Shown: piece after piece, positions 26,582 to 36,895 of the stretch
Numbering within the stretch: the first letter of the stretch is position 1
Layout: each line of letters opens with the position of its first letter
NCBI GenBank assembly: GCA_948735595.1
Contig: CAPXSA010000012.1
Location: 446 to 64,445, forward strand
From: an uncultured Clostridia bacterium
Lineage (GTDB): Bacteria; Bacillota; Clostridia; TANB77; CAG-508
DNA length: 64,000 bases
Direction of reading: 5' to 3'
Notes under the pieces: generated by a model
The model's input: the letters and a program-made list of their open reading frames with translations, nothing else
What the model was told of the DNA's origin: nothing
Database searches by the model: none
Made by a program: the position numbers and the translations under genes

Positions 26582-27640
26582 ATGAACGTAATAGATTTAT
26601 TTTGTGGATGTGGAGGATTATCATATGGATATCAAGAAGCGGGATGCAATATAATATTAGGAATAGATAATAATGAAACTGCTTTAAAAACTTTTGAGAG
26701 GAATCACCTTGGTAGTAAAGGGCTAAATATAGATTTATTAAGAGAAGATTTTGTAGATGAAATAAAGAAAAATATTGGAGAACAACAAGTTGACATAGTA
26801 ATAGGTGGACCTCCTTGTCAAGGATTTTCACTAACAGGAAGTAGAAATCCAGATGATATAAGAAATAAATTATATAAAGCTGTGTTTATAACAGCTAAAT
26901 ATTTTAAGCCCAAAGCGATAATGATAGAAAATGTTCCTGGGATTCAGAGGTTATATGGAGGAAAGTTCTATAGGCTGATTATTGACGAATTCAACAAATT
27001 GGAGGATTATAATTTTGATTCAAAGATATTATATGCACCAGATTATGGTGTGCCTCAAATTAGAAAAAGAATATTTATAGTAGGAATAAAGAAAGATTTA
27101 GGTGAGGTGTCATTTCCTAAGCCCAAGCTAAAAGAAGATCAATATATTTCTACTAAAGATGCAATTGGAGATTTACCTTCTTTAGAAAATGAACCAGATC
27201 AGGAAGATTTTAATTATGAAATAAAGCCATTTTCTGAATATCAAAAACTTATGAGAGAAGGTAGCAAAATGATTCATAATCATTTAGTGACAAAACATAC
27301 ACAGGCAGTTAAAGATATTATAAGCCTAGTCCCAGATGGCGGTAATTTTAAGGATTTACCAAAAGGTGTTGGAGATAATAGAAAATTTAATGAGGCATGG
27401 AGAAGATATGATAGTACAAAACCAAGTAGAACAATAGATACAGGACATAGAAATCATTTTCATTATAAATATAATAGAGTGCCAACTGTTAGAGAAAATG
27501 CTAGACTACAATCTTTTCCAGATAAATTTATTTTTTTGGGAAGTAAAACAGAACAATATAGACAAGTTGGAAATGCAGTACCGCCATTATTAAGCAAATC
27601 GGTTGCAGAAGAAATTTTGAAGATAATTAATAAAAAGTAA
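26582..27640 (+). CDS. DNA (cytosine-5)-methyltransferase
   Basis: Motif I DLFCGCGG, IV GGPPCQGFS, VI ENVPG, VIII QIRKR, X GNAVPP. Confidence 0.95.
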   Translation: MNVIDLFCGCGGLSYGYQEAGCNIILGIDNNETALKTFERNHLGSKGLNIDLLREDFVDEIKKNIGEQQVDIVIGGPPCQGFSLTGSRNPDDIRNKLYKAVFITAKYFKPKAIMIENVPGIQRLYGGKFYRLIIDEFNKLEDYNFDSKILYAPDYGVPQIRKRIFIVGIKKDLGEVSFPKPKLKEDQYISTKDAIGDLPSLENEPDQEDFNYEIKPFSEYQKLMREGSKMIHNHLVTKHTQAVKDIISLVPDGGNFKDLPKGVGDNRKFNEAWRRYDSTKPSRTIDTGHRNHFHYKYNRVPTVRENARLQSFPDKFIFLGSKTEQYRQVGNAVPPLLSKSVAEEILKIINKK

Positions 27641-27652
27641 TAAAGGAGAAAT

Positions 27653-28882
27653 ATGGATAGAAAAATTAACACAATAGATTTATTTGCGGGTTGTGGAGGC
27701 CTAATGGATGGATTTGAAAAGAGTAATTTTTATGATACTTTAGCTTGTGTTGAATGGGAAAAATCTCCATGCGAAAATTTAGAAAAAAGATTAAAAGAAA
27801 AGTGGGAGTATAATAATGCAAATGATATAGTTATGAGATTTGATATACAAAGAACCCAAGAATTATTTTTAGGTTGGGAAAATGATATAGAATATGGAAG
27901 TGGAAAAGGTTTAGACAATTTAATTGGTGACAATAAATTAGATATAATTATTGGAGGGCCTCCTTGCCAAGCATATTCTATTGCAGGAAGAATTCGTGAT
28001 AAAGATGGAATGAAAAACGATTATAGAAATTATTTATTTGAAAGTTATTTAAAAGTAGTTAATAGGTATAAGCCAAAGTTTTTTATTTTTGAGAATGTAC
28101 CTGGAATTTTGAGTGCTTCACCAGATGGAAAGCCTATTATAGAAAGAATAAAAGAGAGATTTGATGAGTGTGATTATACAATTTTAGGAAATTTAAAGAA
28201 AGCGATAATAGATGTTACAGAATATGGGATACCTCAAAATAGAAAAAGAATTATTATTTTGGGAGTAAGTAAAAACTATTTTGGAGAAGAAAAAGCCAAT
28301 ATAATTGTAAATGAATTTTATAATAAGTATTTGAAGAAATATAAAACTAATAAAATGACAGTAAAAGAGGCAATTGGGGATTTACCTAAATTATTACCTA
28401 CTGATGAATATAAAAAAGAAGGCAAGAAATATTCTCATTTATTTAAGGAATACAAAATTGCTAATCATATTCCTAGATTCCATAGTGAGAGAGATAAAAA
28501 CATATTTCGATTATTGGAAAAGGATGTTTTAAATGGGACAAATTTCTATAATTCTACAGAAAGACTTAAAGAATTATATTATCAACAAACAGGAAAAAAG
28601 AGTAATGTACATAAGTATTATGTATTAAGGTGGAATGAACAAAGTAATACTATTCCAGCACATTTATATAAAGATGGATTAAGACATATTCACCCAGATC
28701 CAGAACAGGCAAGAAGCATTACAGTCAGAGAAGCAGCAAGATTGCAATCTTTTGATGATGATTATGAATTCATTGGTTCAATGATGGATCAATATAAAAT
28801 GATAGGGAATGCAGTTCCACCTAAATTTTCATATGCAATTGCAAAAGCTTTAAAAGATATATTTAATGATTATGTAGAATAG
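27653..28882 (+). CDS. DNA (cytosine-5)-methyltransferase (second, divergent)
   Basis: Motif I DLFAGCGG, IV GGPPCQAYS, VI ENVPG, VIII QNRKR, X GNAVPP. Confidence 0.95.
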   Translation: MDRKINTIDLFAGCGGLMDGFEKSNFYDTLACVEWEKSPCENLEKRLKEKWEYNNANDIVMRFDIQRTQELFLGWENDIEYGSGKGLDNLIGDNKLDIIIGGPPCQAYSIAGRIRDKDGMKNDYRNYLFESYLKVVNRYKPKFFIFENVPGILSASPDGKPIIERIKERFDECDYTILGNLKKAIIDVTEYGIPQNRKRIIILGVSKNYFGEEKANIIVNEFYNKYLKKYKTNKMTVKEAIGDLPKLLPTDEYKKEGKKYSHLFKEYKIANHIPRFHSERDKNIFRLLEKDVLNGTNFYNSTERLKELYYQQTGKKSNVHKYYVLRWNEQSNTIPAHLYKDGLRHIHPDPEQARSITVREAARLQSFDDDYEFIGSMMDQYKMIGNAVPPKFSYAIAKALKDIFNDYVE

Positions 28883-28909
28883 TTTATATAGAGAGATTGG
28901 AGGATACAT

Positions 28910-29926
28910 ATGGAGTATTATATAAAGAAATTAGGTCACCAAGAATTAGGAAGTATTAAAGAAGATGGTAGACCATCAAGAGGAAGATATATTTATATAT
29001 CAAAAAACAAAGATGTGTTAAAATTTTTTCCACCTATGTCTGAAAAAGTAGTTAACGATAATGTTGTACTTCCCATTATATCTGTAGAATTGAAGAAAAA
29101 AGTGTATTGTAATTTTGTTTATCATAATGATAAAATTTCTAGAGGATTATCAAATGGCAGAAATGAATATAGATTATATTTAAATAATGACATAGAAAAT
29201 CATCAACTGTTGTTTAAAGAAAATGATATTATTGTTTTTAAAAGCATTCAAAATGAATATGACAATGAATATAGTAATTTATATTATTTATTGAGATTTT
29301 CTCTAGAAAATGAATGTGATAATGAGATATACAAGTTTTTAGATAAAATTATTGAGAATTCAAATCTAAATAGAGGACATGCTATAATAAATGAAAAAAT
29401 AAATTTCATAGAAGAAAAAATTAGTGAGACTGAATCACAAGAAAATATAGAAATTGTTGTACCTACACAAGTAATAGAGAAGACACAAGAGTTTATTGGA
29501 ACAGCTAGTAGTATAGAAAATTTATTTAATTCACAATCATTTAGAGACTTCGTTATGGTAGGATATGGAAATAGATGTGCAGTTACTGGAAAATCCATAA
29601 TATGGAAAAAGTTTATAAATCTTGAAGCGGCACATATAATGCCAAAATCACACAATGGAAACTATATGCCTAACAATGGTTTAGCTCTTTCTAGAGATAT
29701 TCATTGGGCTTTTGACAAAGGATTTTTTACAATTAATGATGATTATACTATTAAAGTACATGAAGAATTAATGAATACATATTTGGGGGAATTTGCAGGA
29801 AAGAAGATTAATTTACCAGAAAATTCATTTTTTATTCCAAATAAAGAAAGTTTAAAATATCATAGAGAAAATATATTTGGGTTATTTAAGTATTCTGGAA
29901 GAATATCTAGTGTTAGTAGCAATTGA
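28910..29926 (+). CDS. HNH-family endonuclease, probable restriction enzyme of the two-methylase system
   Basis: C-terminal CAVTGKSI...LEAAHIMPKSHNGNYMPNNGLALSRDIHWAFDKGFF (HNH). 27 nt after the second methylase. Confidence 0.7.
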   Translation: MEYYIKKLGHQELGSIKEDGRPSRGRYIYISKNKDVLKFFPPMSEKVVNDNVVLPIISVELKKKVYCNFVYHNDKISRGLSNGRNEYRLYLNNDIENHQLLFKENDIIVFKSIQNEYDNEYSNLYYLLRFSLENECDNEIYKFLDKIIENSNLNRGHAIINEKINFIEEKISETESQENIEIVVPTQVIEKTQEFIGTASSIENLFNSQSFRDFVMVGYGNRCAVTGKSIIWKKFINLEAAHIMPKSHNGNYMPNNGLALSRDIHWAFDKGFFTINDDYTIKVHEELMNTYLGEFAGKKINLPENSFFIPNKESLKYHRENIFGLFKYSGRISSVSSN

Positions 29927-30095
29927 TATTATAAACAATTAATAAATTAAACTAAAGAAGGCAAAGTAATTAAAATTATTAGAATATAATAATTGAATTA
30001 TTTTGTCCTTTTGTTGTTTTTAAAATAAAACCATATAAAATAAATTAATGAATAAAGTATTTCAATAACTGACAAAAAGTGCTATAATCATAAAA

Positions 30096-31966
30096 ATGAA
30101 GGAGCATAAAATGAAGAAATTAGATGGAGTTTGGTGGACAACAAATAGTAAGCAGATATCAGGCACCTTAACAATAACAGATGAAAATAAAATTACTTTA
30201 ATAACCTATGAAGAGATTCAAGAGCCTAGAATCATAAATGGTTTTTCAGGAGGAGAAAAAATTACACTAATAGATGGGCAACTAGATAGAAAAGACGTAT
30301 ACTATAAGCCAGAAGAAAAGCAAGAATTTGAACATACCTTAATAGAAAAAAATGAAGAGGTGCAATATTGTACTTACACTTATATTGCAGAAATGGTAAT
30401 TTTAGGACATGACTACAAAAGAAAGGGAGATATAAGACTACAAAGCTTAGAATTAAAATACACTAATTTAGATGAGTGGGTTAATTGGAAATTAGAAGAA
30501 CCGGAGGTAAAACAAACAAAGAATAACATTATAGTAAAATTTAAAAAATTCCACCAAAAGTAGCTAAATTAGAAAAATTTGATATGGTAATTGGAAATCC
30601 TCATATTTTAATGCAATCAAAGCATAATATTCAAGTTCACAGTGAAATTAGTATCTTATTGGAAAATATGCCAAATCCTTATATAAAATCTCAAGAAGAA
30701 ATCATAAGATGTATACAATTCTTTTTAATATTATGTATGGGAGATAATATCAATATTACTAAAATAAAAGGAGTTGATGTATATAATAGAAATGTTGAAT
30801 TGATATTAGCACAAGGAACAAGTAATTATCAAAATAGAAGTAAATTTAAAAATATCATAATGTATGAAGATATTAAAGACAACTTAGAAGAAGTTTAAAA
30901 AAAATGGATTGAATTATATACTGATAACGAATTATTAATTATAAATTTTATTAACTTGCAAAGAGAAGAGGGACTTTTAATTAGTGAATATACTAATTTA
31001 ATGACTGCTATTGAAAATTTATATTTAATCGTAACAAAACAGAAAAAGACAAATGAACATTTTGCTGAAATAGTAAAAAGACTTTTAAAAGATACCAATT
31101 TTATATTGAATTTGTCAGAAGAAGAAATTGAAAATGTAGCAAACAAAATAAAAAATATTAGAAGATATCTTGTTCATTCTAATAAAACTCAAAAAAGTAC
31201 AGCAAATGATATAGCATTTATGACACATATTATTGCAATTCTAATTGAAGTGATAAGAAGTAGAATTATGATGGAAATAGGAATAGATCAAGAAAAAATA
31301 GAGAGATATTATAAAAAAGTAGAAGGATTAGAAAATGTAAAGAAATACCTAGTAAGTGGTATAGAAAAAGAAATAATAAAGGAGGAGAAAAAGATGTCTA
31401 TAGAACCACTATCAGAAGAAGAGAAGGAAGATATAGCAAAGTTAAATGCATTGTCAGGAACAAGATATAGAGAAAGTGATTATAACTTAGAAAACAGTAA
31501 AGATTTAATAGAAGCAATAGAAAATTTAACAGCAGAATATATGGATTATTTACATTATTGGCTAAACTTAGAAGAAATAATGGAAAATTTTGACCAAAGT
31601 ATAGAAGTATTTCATCCTGAAAAGTGGATGAGACAAACAAAAGAAGGAAATACAGGGAATGAACTGATTGATGAGACATTTGCTAATCTTTATATTGTAT
31701 CTGATAATATGTGTGAATTACATAATCAGGCAGAAGAAAAATGCATAGAAATTTGGAAATTTCTATTATCTGGAGACAATGAAGAAGCAAAGAAGCATTT
31801 TTTGGGAGAAACATCTAAATACACCAAAGAAGAATTGCTAGAGGCCTTAGAAGAAACTATGGAAAATATTACAGAAGTAGAATACGAAAACCAAGTACAA
31901 AATGATACAATGAACTTTGCTAAAGAGATTATGATGTACGCAAAAGAATCAAAGAAAGGAAGATAG
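30096..31966 (+). pseudogene. ApeA-like HEPN defence gene, disrupted (frameshift at an A6 tract at 30543-30548; in-frame TAA at 30896-30898)
   Basis: N-terminus GVWWTTNSKQISGTLTITDENKITL resembles the ApeA N-terminal domain. Rx4H HEPN motif IRRYLVH in the third ORF. The three ORFs join into about 623 aa if one A is added and the TAA is read through. Confidence 0.5.
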
Positions 31967-31970
31967 TGTT

Positions 31971-32288
31971 ATGGAAGAATTAATGCAACAAATAAAACAG
32001 TTTAACGAAGAAAGAGATTGGGATCAATTTCATTCTCCAGAGAATCTTGCCAAATCAATCGCAATTGAATCCGGTGAATTATTAGAATGTTTTCAATGGA
32101 ATAGTGAGAAATATAATAAAGAGGAAGTTTGCGAAGAATTAGCAGATGTATTTACATATTGTATTCAAATGGCCATGAAGTTAGAGGTGGATCCTGAAGA
32201 AATAATACTAAAGAAATTAGAGAAGACAAAGAAGAAGTATCCAGTAGAAAAAGCAAAAGGGGTAAGTACGAAATATAATAAATTATAA
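31971..32288 (+). CDS. MazG-like nucleotide pyrophosphohydrolase
   Basis: ERDWDQFHSPENLAKSIAIESGELLECFQW...ELADVFTYCIQMA is the classic small MazG/dCTPase-like pattern. Confidence 0.85.
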   Translation: MEELMQQIKQFNEERDWDQFHSPENLAKSIAIESGELLECFQWNSEKYNKEEVCEELADVFTYCIQMAMKLEVDPEEIILKKLEKTKKKYPVEKAKGVSTKYNKL

Positions 32289-32312
32289 GGATTTTTCAGG
32301 AGATATAATAAT

Positions 32313-34060
32313 ATGGATTCGGATTTTGAAATCAAAAAATATAAGTTTCATGAAGAAACATTAAGTGATATTAATGCCAAATATATTAATTGGCCAGTAG
32401 TTTACTTAATAAATAGTAATGATAAAATTTATATTGGCGAAACATCTAATATAAAAAGTAGAATGAAACAACATTTAGATAATCCGGAAAAAAGCCCTTA
32501 AAATCAATGAATGTCATATTGGATAAAAAATTCAACAAATCTGCGACATTAGATATAGAGCAGAATTTAATTCGTATGTTTTATGCTGATGATAGATTTG
32601 ATTCTGATAGTGGGATATTAAATAAAAATAATGGACAATCTTCTAAACATAACTACTATCAAAGAGAAATGTATTTAAATAAATTAGTGGATATATGGAA
32701 AAAACTTCAGCAAAAAAAGTTAGCTAATAACTCTTATAATCATATTATAAATTCTGATATATATAAGTATTCTCCATTTATTTCGTTAACGAATAAACAA
32801 GAAGATATTATGTGTAAAATTATGAATAATATATTGGATTGCTTAGAAGGAAAAAGTAGTAATGAAACGTCAATTATTACTGGACTAGCAGGAACGGGCA
32901 AAACCATTTTAGCAATCAATTTAATCGATAATATAATTAATGCAGATCTTAGCAATGTTGACACCTTTGAAGAAGATGAAATAGAAGAGTTATCAGAACT
33001 TGATAAAACGATGCATCGACTAAGAAAATATATACTAAGTAATGGGAAAATCAAAATAGGTTTTGTCATTCCAATGAAATCATTAAGAGAAACATTAAAA
33101 GTTGTGTTTAAAGCAATCAATAAGAAAAGTCTAAAAAATATTATTATTGCTCCAAGTGATGTTACTAAGGGAAATTATGATGTAATTATATGTGACGAAG
33201 TTCATAGATTAGCACAATATAAGAATATTGCCAATATGGGACATTTTAAGAAAACCTGTAAAAAACTCGAAATGGATGAAAATACGTCTACCCAACTTGA
33301 TTGGATAAATCTAAAATCGAAATATAAAATACTATTTTATGATGGAAATCAAACTATTAAAGGATCCGATATTCAAGCAGACAAAATGGATAAATTAATA
33401 AAGGAAAATAGTGATAAATGCTATTCTTTAACAACGCAATTAAGGTGTAAATCAGGAGAGTTATTTTTAGAAAATATAGATAAATTATTTAAATGTACAT
33501 TAAAAGGTAAAATAGAATCTTCTAAAAATTTTAAAATAAAAGTATGCAATAATCTTAATAAAATGATTGAAAAAATAAAGGAGTTAGACAAAAAATTGGG
33601 GCTATGTAGAACTGTTGCAGGATATGACTGGAAGTGGAAATCAAAGGGAAAATCAAATGAAGAGATAAGAAAAAAGAATTTATATGATTTTGACTTTGAA
33701 GGAAAGAAATATATATGGAATCATACAGATAAAGGTTGGATTCTTTCCAATAATGCAGTAAATGAAATTGGATACGTACATACTGTACAAGGTTATGATT
33801 TGAACTATGTTGGGGTAATTATTGGACCAGATTTAAGTTATAATAAAGAAAAAAATAAAATTGAAGTTCATATAAATGAATTAAAAGATTCGAATGTAAA
33901 AAAAGGAACAGATGAGAAAACTGTTAAACAATATATCATTAACACATATAAAGTATTATTAGAGCGACGAATTAAAGGGTGTTATATTTATGCATGTGAT
34001 GAGAGTATGCAAGAATATTTAAAAGAACATATTGAGGAGGAAGAGGTATCAAAAAAATAA
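32313..34060 (+). pseudogene. GIY-YIG nuclease domain fused to a DUF2075-type P-loop ATPase, split by a -1 frameshift in an A6 tract (32488-32493)
   Basis: VVYLINSNDKIYIGETSNIKSRMKQH (GIY-YIG). Walker A GLAGTGKT, Walker B VIICDEVHR. Adding one A gives ...HLDNPEKKPLKSMNVILDKKFNKSATLDIE... Confidence 0.65.
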
Positions 34061-34177
34061 TGACTAGAGGGCAGGAAGATAGCTATATTTATTGTGTAGA
34101 TAAACATCTAAAAAGTATTTAAAAAGAAGAATAAATAATCTAATGAAACTAGAAACAAAAGATAATAGGGGAAGTAA

Positions 34178-36877
34178 ATGGATATATATAAATATTTAGT
34201 AAGGATCAAAGAAGAAGATAAAACAGAAGAAGTTTTAGAGTATAGCGTAGATAATGAATATATGTATATTAACTTTAAAAATAGCGAAACAACATATACC
34301 TACTTAAAAAAAGATGTTGAGTTTTATAAAGACCCAATACAAATAGACATTCAGAAATATAAATTAATGATTAATCATGGCTATGTATACAATGCCATAA
34401 AAGTAATTAAATTTGAGCAATACTATAGAATCTTTTTCCAAGACGGTACTTCAACTGTCATTCAAGAAGATAATTTACAATTAGTAGAAAATGACAATGT
34501 ACAAGCATTATCGATGGACAAATTTGAATATTACAAAGAAATAGCAAATATAGTTAGCGTGAAAACAGAAGAAGGAAACTCAATACTTACTAGCGAATAT
34601 AAAAAGATTAATTTTATATCCAAAAACACAGCCTTATATAAATATTTAAATCCAAAATTTCAAGATCATAAAGTAGGAATCAATTTTAATAATACTATAT
34701 TTCCATTTGGAGCAAATAAATCACAGTTTAGAGCAGTGAAATGTGCTATGGCTGGTCAAATTAGTGTGATAGAAGGCCCTCCCGGTACAGGCAAGACACA
34801 AACAATATTAAATATCATAGCTAATGTAATTCGAAATGGACAAACAGTGGCAGTAGTATCTAATAACAATGCTGCAACGGAGAATGTTTATGAAAAGCTA
34901 CAAAAATACCATTTAGATTATTTATGTGCAAAATTAGGGAAAAGGGAAAATAAAGAAGAATTTATTAAAAATCAAACAGGTCAATATCCAAAATTTGAAG
35001 AAGAATTGCAAAATGAAGAAGCAATACAAAATGAAGTTATAGCCCTAAATCAAGACATAAATAACATATTTGAGATTCAAAATAATATAGCAAAGATAAA
35101 AGAAAGATTAAGTGAAATCAAAACACAACATGAATATTTTAATAAACAACAAGGGGAAAATGAAGTAATAGTGCCCAAGATTAGAGACATTAATAAAGTT
35201 ACCTCAGACAATATTATAAAATTAAAAGTGGAAATTGAAGAAATATCCCAAATGAATTTGTGGCTTAGAATAAAATCGCAATTTTTATATGGAATAGGAA
35301 ATAGAAAATTTTATAAAAGAACAAAACAAGATATTATTCAAAGTTATAACAGGCTATTTTTCATGACAAAGGAAATGGAACTAGAAAAAGAAATCAAGAA
35401 CAATGAACAAAAGCTAAGGCTATTAGGAAATAACAAGTTAGACTTACTAGTAGAAAGTTCTATGAAATTATTAAATGAACATTTAAGAAAAAAGTATAGT
35501 CAGAAAACGGAGAGAAGAATATATAAAGAATCAGATTTATATAATAGTTCAGCAAACTTTAATAGTGAGTATCCTATTGTATTTAGTACAACATATTCCA
35601 TCAAAAAATGCTTAAATGAAAATTATAAATTTGATTATATAATTATGGATGAAGCTTCACAAGTAGATTTAATTACAGGTGTTTTGGCATTATCTGTTGC
35701 AAAAAATGCAGTGATTGTAGGAGATCTAAAACAATTACCAAATGTTATTACAACAGAAAATAAAAAATTAATAGAAGAGATTTCAAAAAAGTATCAAATA
35801 GAAAGTAATTACGATTATTTAGAACATAGTTTTTTGTCGTCAGTAAGCCAAACTGTAGTAGATGCGCCTAAGACATTATTACAAGAACATTATAGGTGTC
35901 ATCCGAAAATTATACAATTTTGCAACAAGAAATTTTATAATGATAAACTCATTATCATGACAGAAGACCAAGGGGAAAAAGATGTACTTAGGGCATATGT
36001 AACAACAAAAGGCAATCATGCAAGAGGACATGTGAATTACAGGCAAATTGATGTCATCGAAAAAGAAATTATATCAGAACTTACAAAAGAAATTGATATC
36101 AAGGATATAGGAGTAATTTCCCCATACAGAGATCAAAAAAAGGAGTTAGATAAGAAGTTTGATGAGCAATTAAAAATTGACACGATTCATAAATTTCAGG
36201 GAAGAGAAGAAGAAGCAATTATCATAACAACTGTAGATAATGAAATCGGAGAATTTGTTGATGACCCTAAAATGTTAAATGTTGCAGTAACGAGAGCGAA
36301 GAAATATTTAAGATTAGTGGTATCGGATAATGAAAACAATCAAGGAACTAATATAGATGATTTGCTAAAATATATACAATATAATAACTTTGAAATAGTA
36401 CAAAGCAAAATAAAATCTATCTATGATTTACTATATAAAGAAAATAGACAACAGCGTATGGAATACCTAAAAAATAAAAAAAGGATTTCAGACTATGATT
36501 CTGAAAATTTGACTTATCATTTGATAGAGGAAATTTTAAAAGAAAATGAGTGTAATAATTTAGATATAGCAGTTCATGTGCCTCTAATAGATGTTATAGA
36601 AACAGACCAGTTTTTAAATGAAGAAGAAAAGAAATTTGTTAATAATAAATGGACACATATTGACTTTGCTATTTTTAATAAAATGGACAAAAAACTAGTT
36701 ATTGCAGTAGAAGTCGATGGTTATTATTTTCACAGAGAAGGAACGAAGCAACAAGAAAGAGACAATATCAAAGGAAAAATTTTGGACAAATATGAAATTC
36801 CATTAGTGAGACTTAATACTACAGGAAGTGCAGAAAAGGAAATATTAGAAAAGAAGATTAAGGAAGTTTTTGGATAA
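34178..36877 (+). CDS. Upf1/DNA2-like SF1 helicase fused to a C-terminal DUF2726-type (restriction-endonuclease-fold) domain
   Basis: Motifs IEGPPGTGKTQT, IIMDEASQV, VGDLKQLP, YRCHPKIIQFCN, VISPYRDQ, TIHKFQGREE, LNVAVTRAK. C-terminus HIDFAIFNK...VIAVEVDGYYFHREGTKQQERD...IPLVRL. Confidence 0.8.
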   Translation: MDIYKYLVRIKEEDKTEEVLEYSVDNEYMYINFKNSETTYTYLKKDVEFYKDPIQIDIQKYKLMINHGYVYNAIKVIKFEQYYRIFFQDGTSTVIQEDNLQLVENDNVQALSMDKFEYYKEIANIVSVKTEEGNSILTSEYKKINFISKNTALYKYLNPKFQDHKVGINFNNTIFPFGANKSQFRAVKCAMAGQISVIEGPPGTGKTQTILNIIANVIRNGQTVAVVSNNNAATENVYEKLQKYHLDYLCAKLGKRENKEEFIKNQTGQYPKFEEELQNEEAIQNEVIALNQDINNIFEIQNNIAKIKERLSEIKTQHEYFNKQQGENEVIVPKIRDINKVTSDNIIKLKVEIEEISQMNLWLRIKSQFLYGIGNRKFYKRTKQDIIQSYNRLFFMTKEMELEKEIKNNEQKLRLLGNNKLDLLVESSMKLLNEHLRKKYSQKTERRIYKESDLYNSSANFNSEYPIVFSTTYSIKKCLNENYKFDYIIMDEASQVDLITGVLALSVAKNAVIVGDLKQLPNVITTENKKLIEEISKKYQIESNYDYLEHSFLSSVSQTVVDAPKTLLQEHYRCHPKIIQFCNKKFYNDKLIIMTEDQGEKDVLRAYVTTKGNHARGHVNYRQIDVIEKEIISELTKEIDIKDIGVISPYRDQKKELDKKFDEQLKIDTIHKFQGREEEAIIITTVDNEIGEFVDDPKMLNVAVTRAKKYLRLVVSDNENNQGTNIDDLLKYIQYNNFEIVQSKIKSIYDLLYKENRQQRMEYLKNKKRISDYDSENLTYHLIEEILKENECNNLDIAVHVPLIDVIETDQFLNEEEKKFVNNKWTHIDFAIFNKMDKKLVIAVEVDGYYFHREGTKQQERDNIKGKILDKYEIPLVRLNTTGSAEKEILEKKIKEVFG

Positions 36878-36895
36878 GAATTAATAGGAGTAGAA

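Noticed and set aside
26481-26831. 116-aa minus-strand ORF overlapping the start of the first m5C methylase
   Set aside because: It overlaps a motif-rich methylase ORF and its promoter. The sequence is low-complexity and has no RBS.
31395-31966. Second half of ORF 30956-31966 (from MSIEPLSEEEKE...) as a separate small gene
   Set aside because: It is in the same frame with no intervening stop and has only a weak internal RBS. I could not support a separate gene, but the C-terminal ~190 aa are unassigned and this remains possible.
32484-32487. Counting the GIY-YIG/DUF2075 junction (AATCCGGAAAAAAG) as a sixth C-before-GG frameshift
   Set aside because: The frame arithmetic shows a -1 shift (one base missing), not a +1 shift. 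It is explained by the A6 tract (A7 restores the frame), so it is a different class of event.
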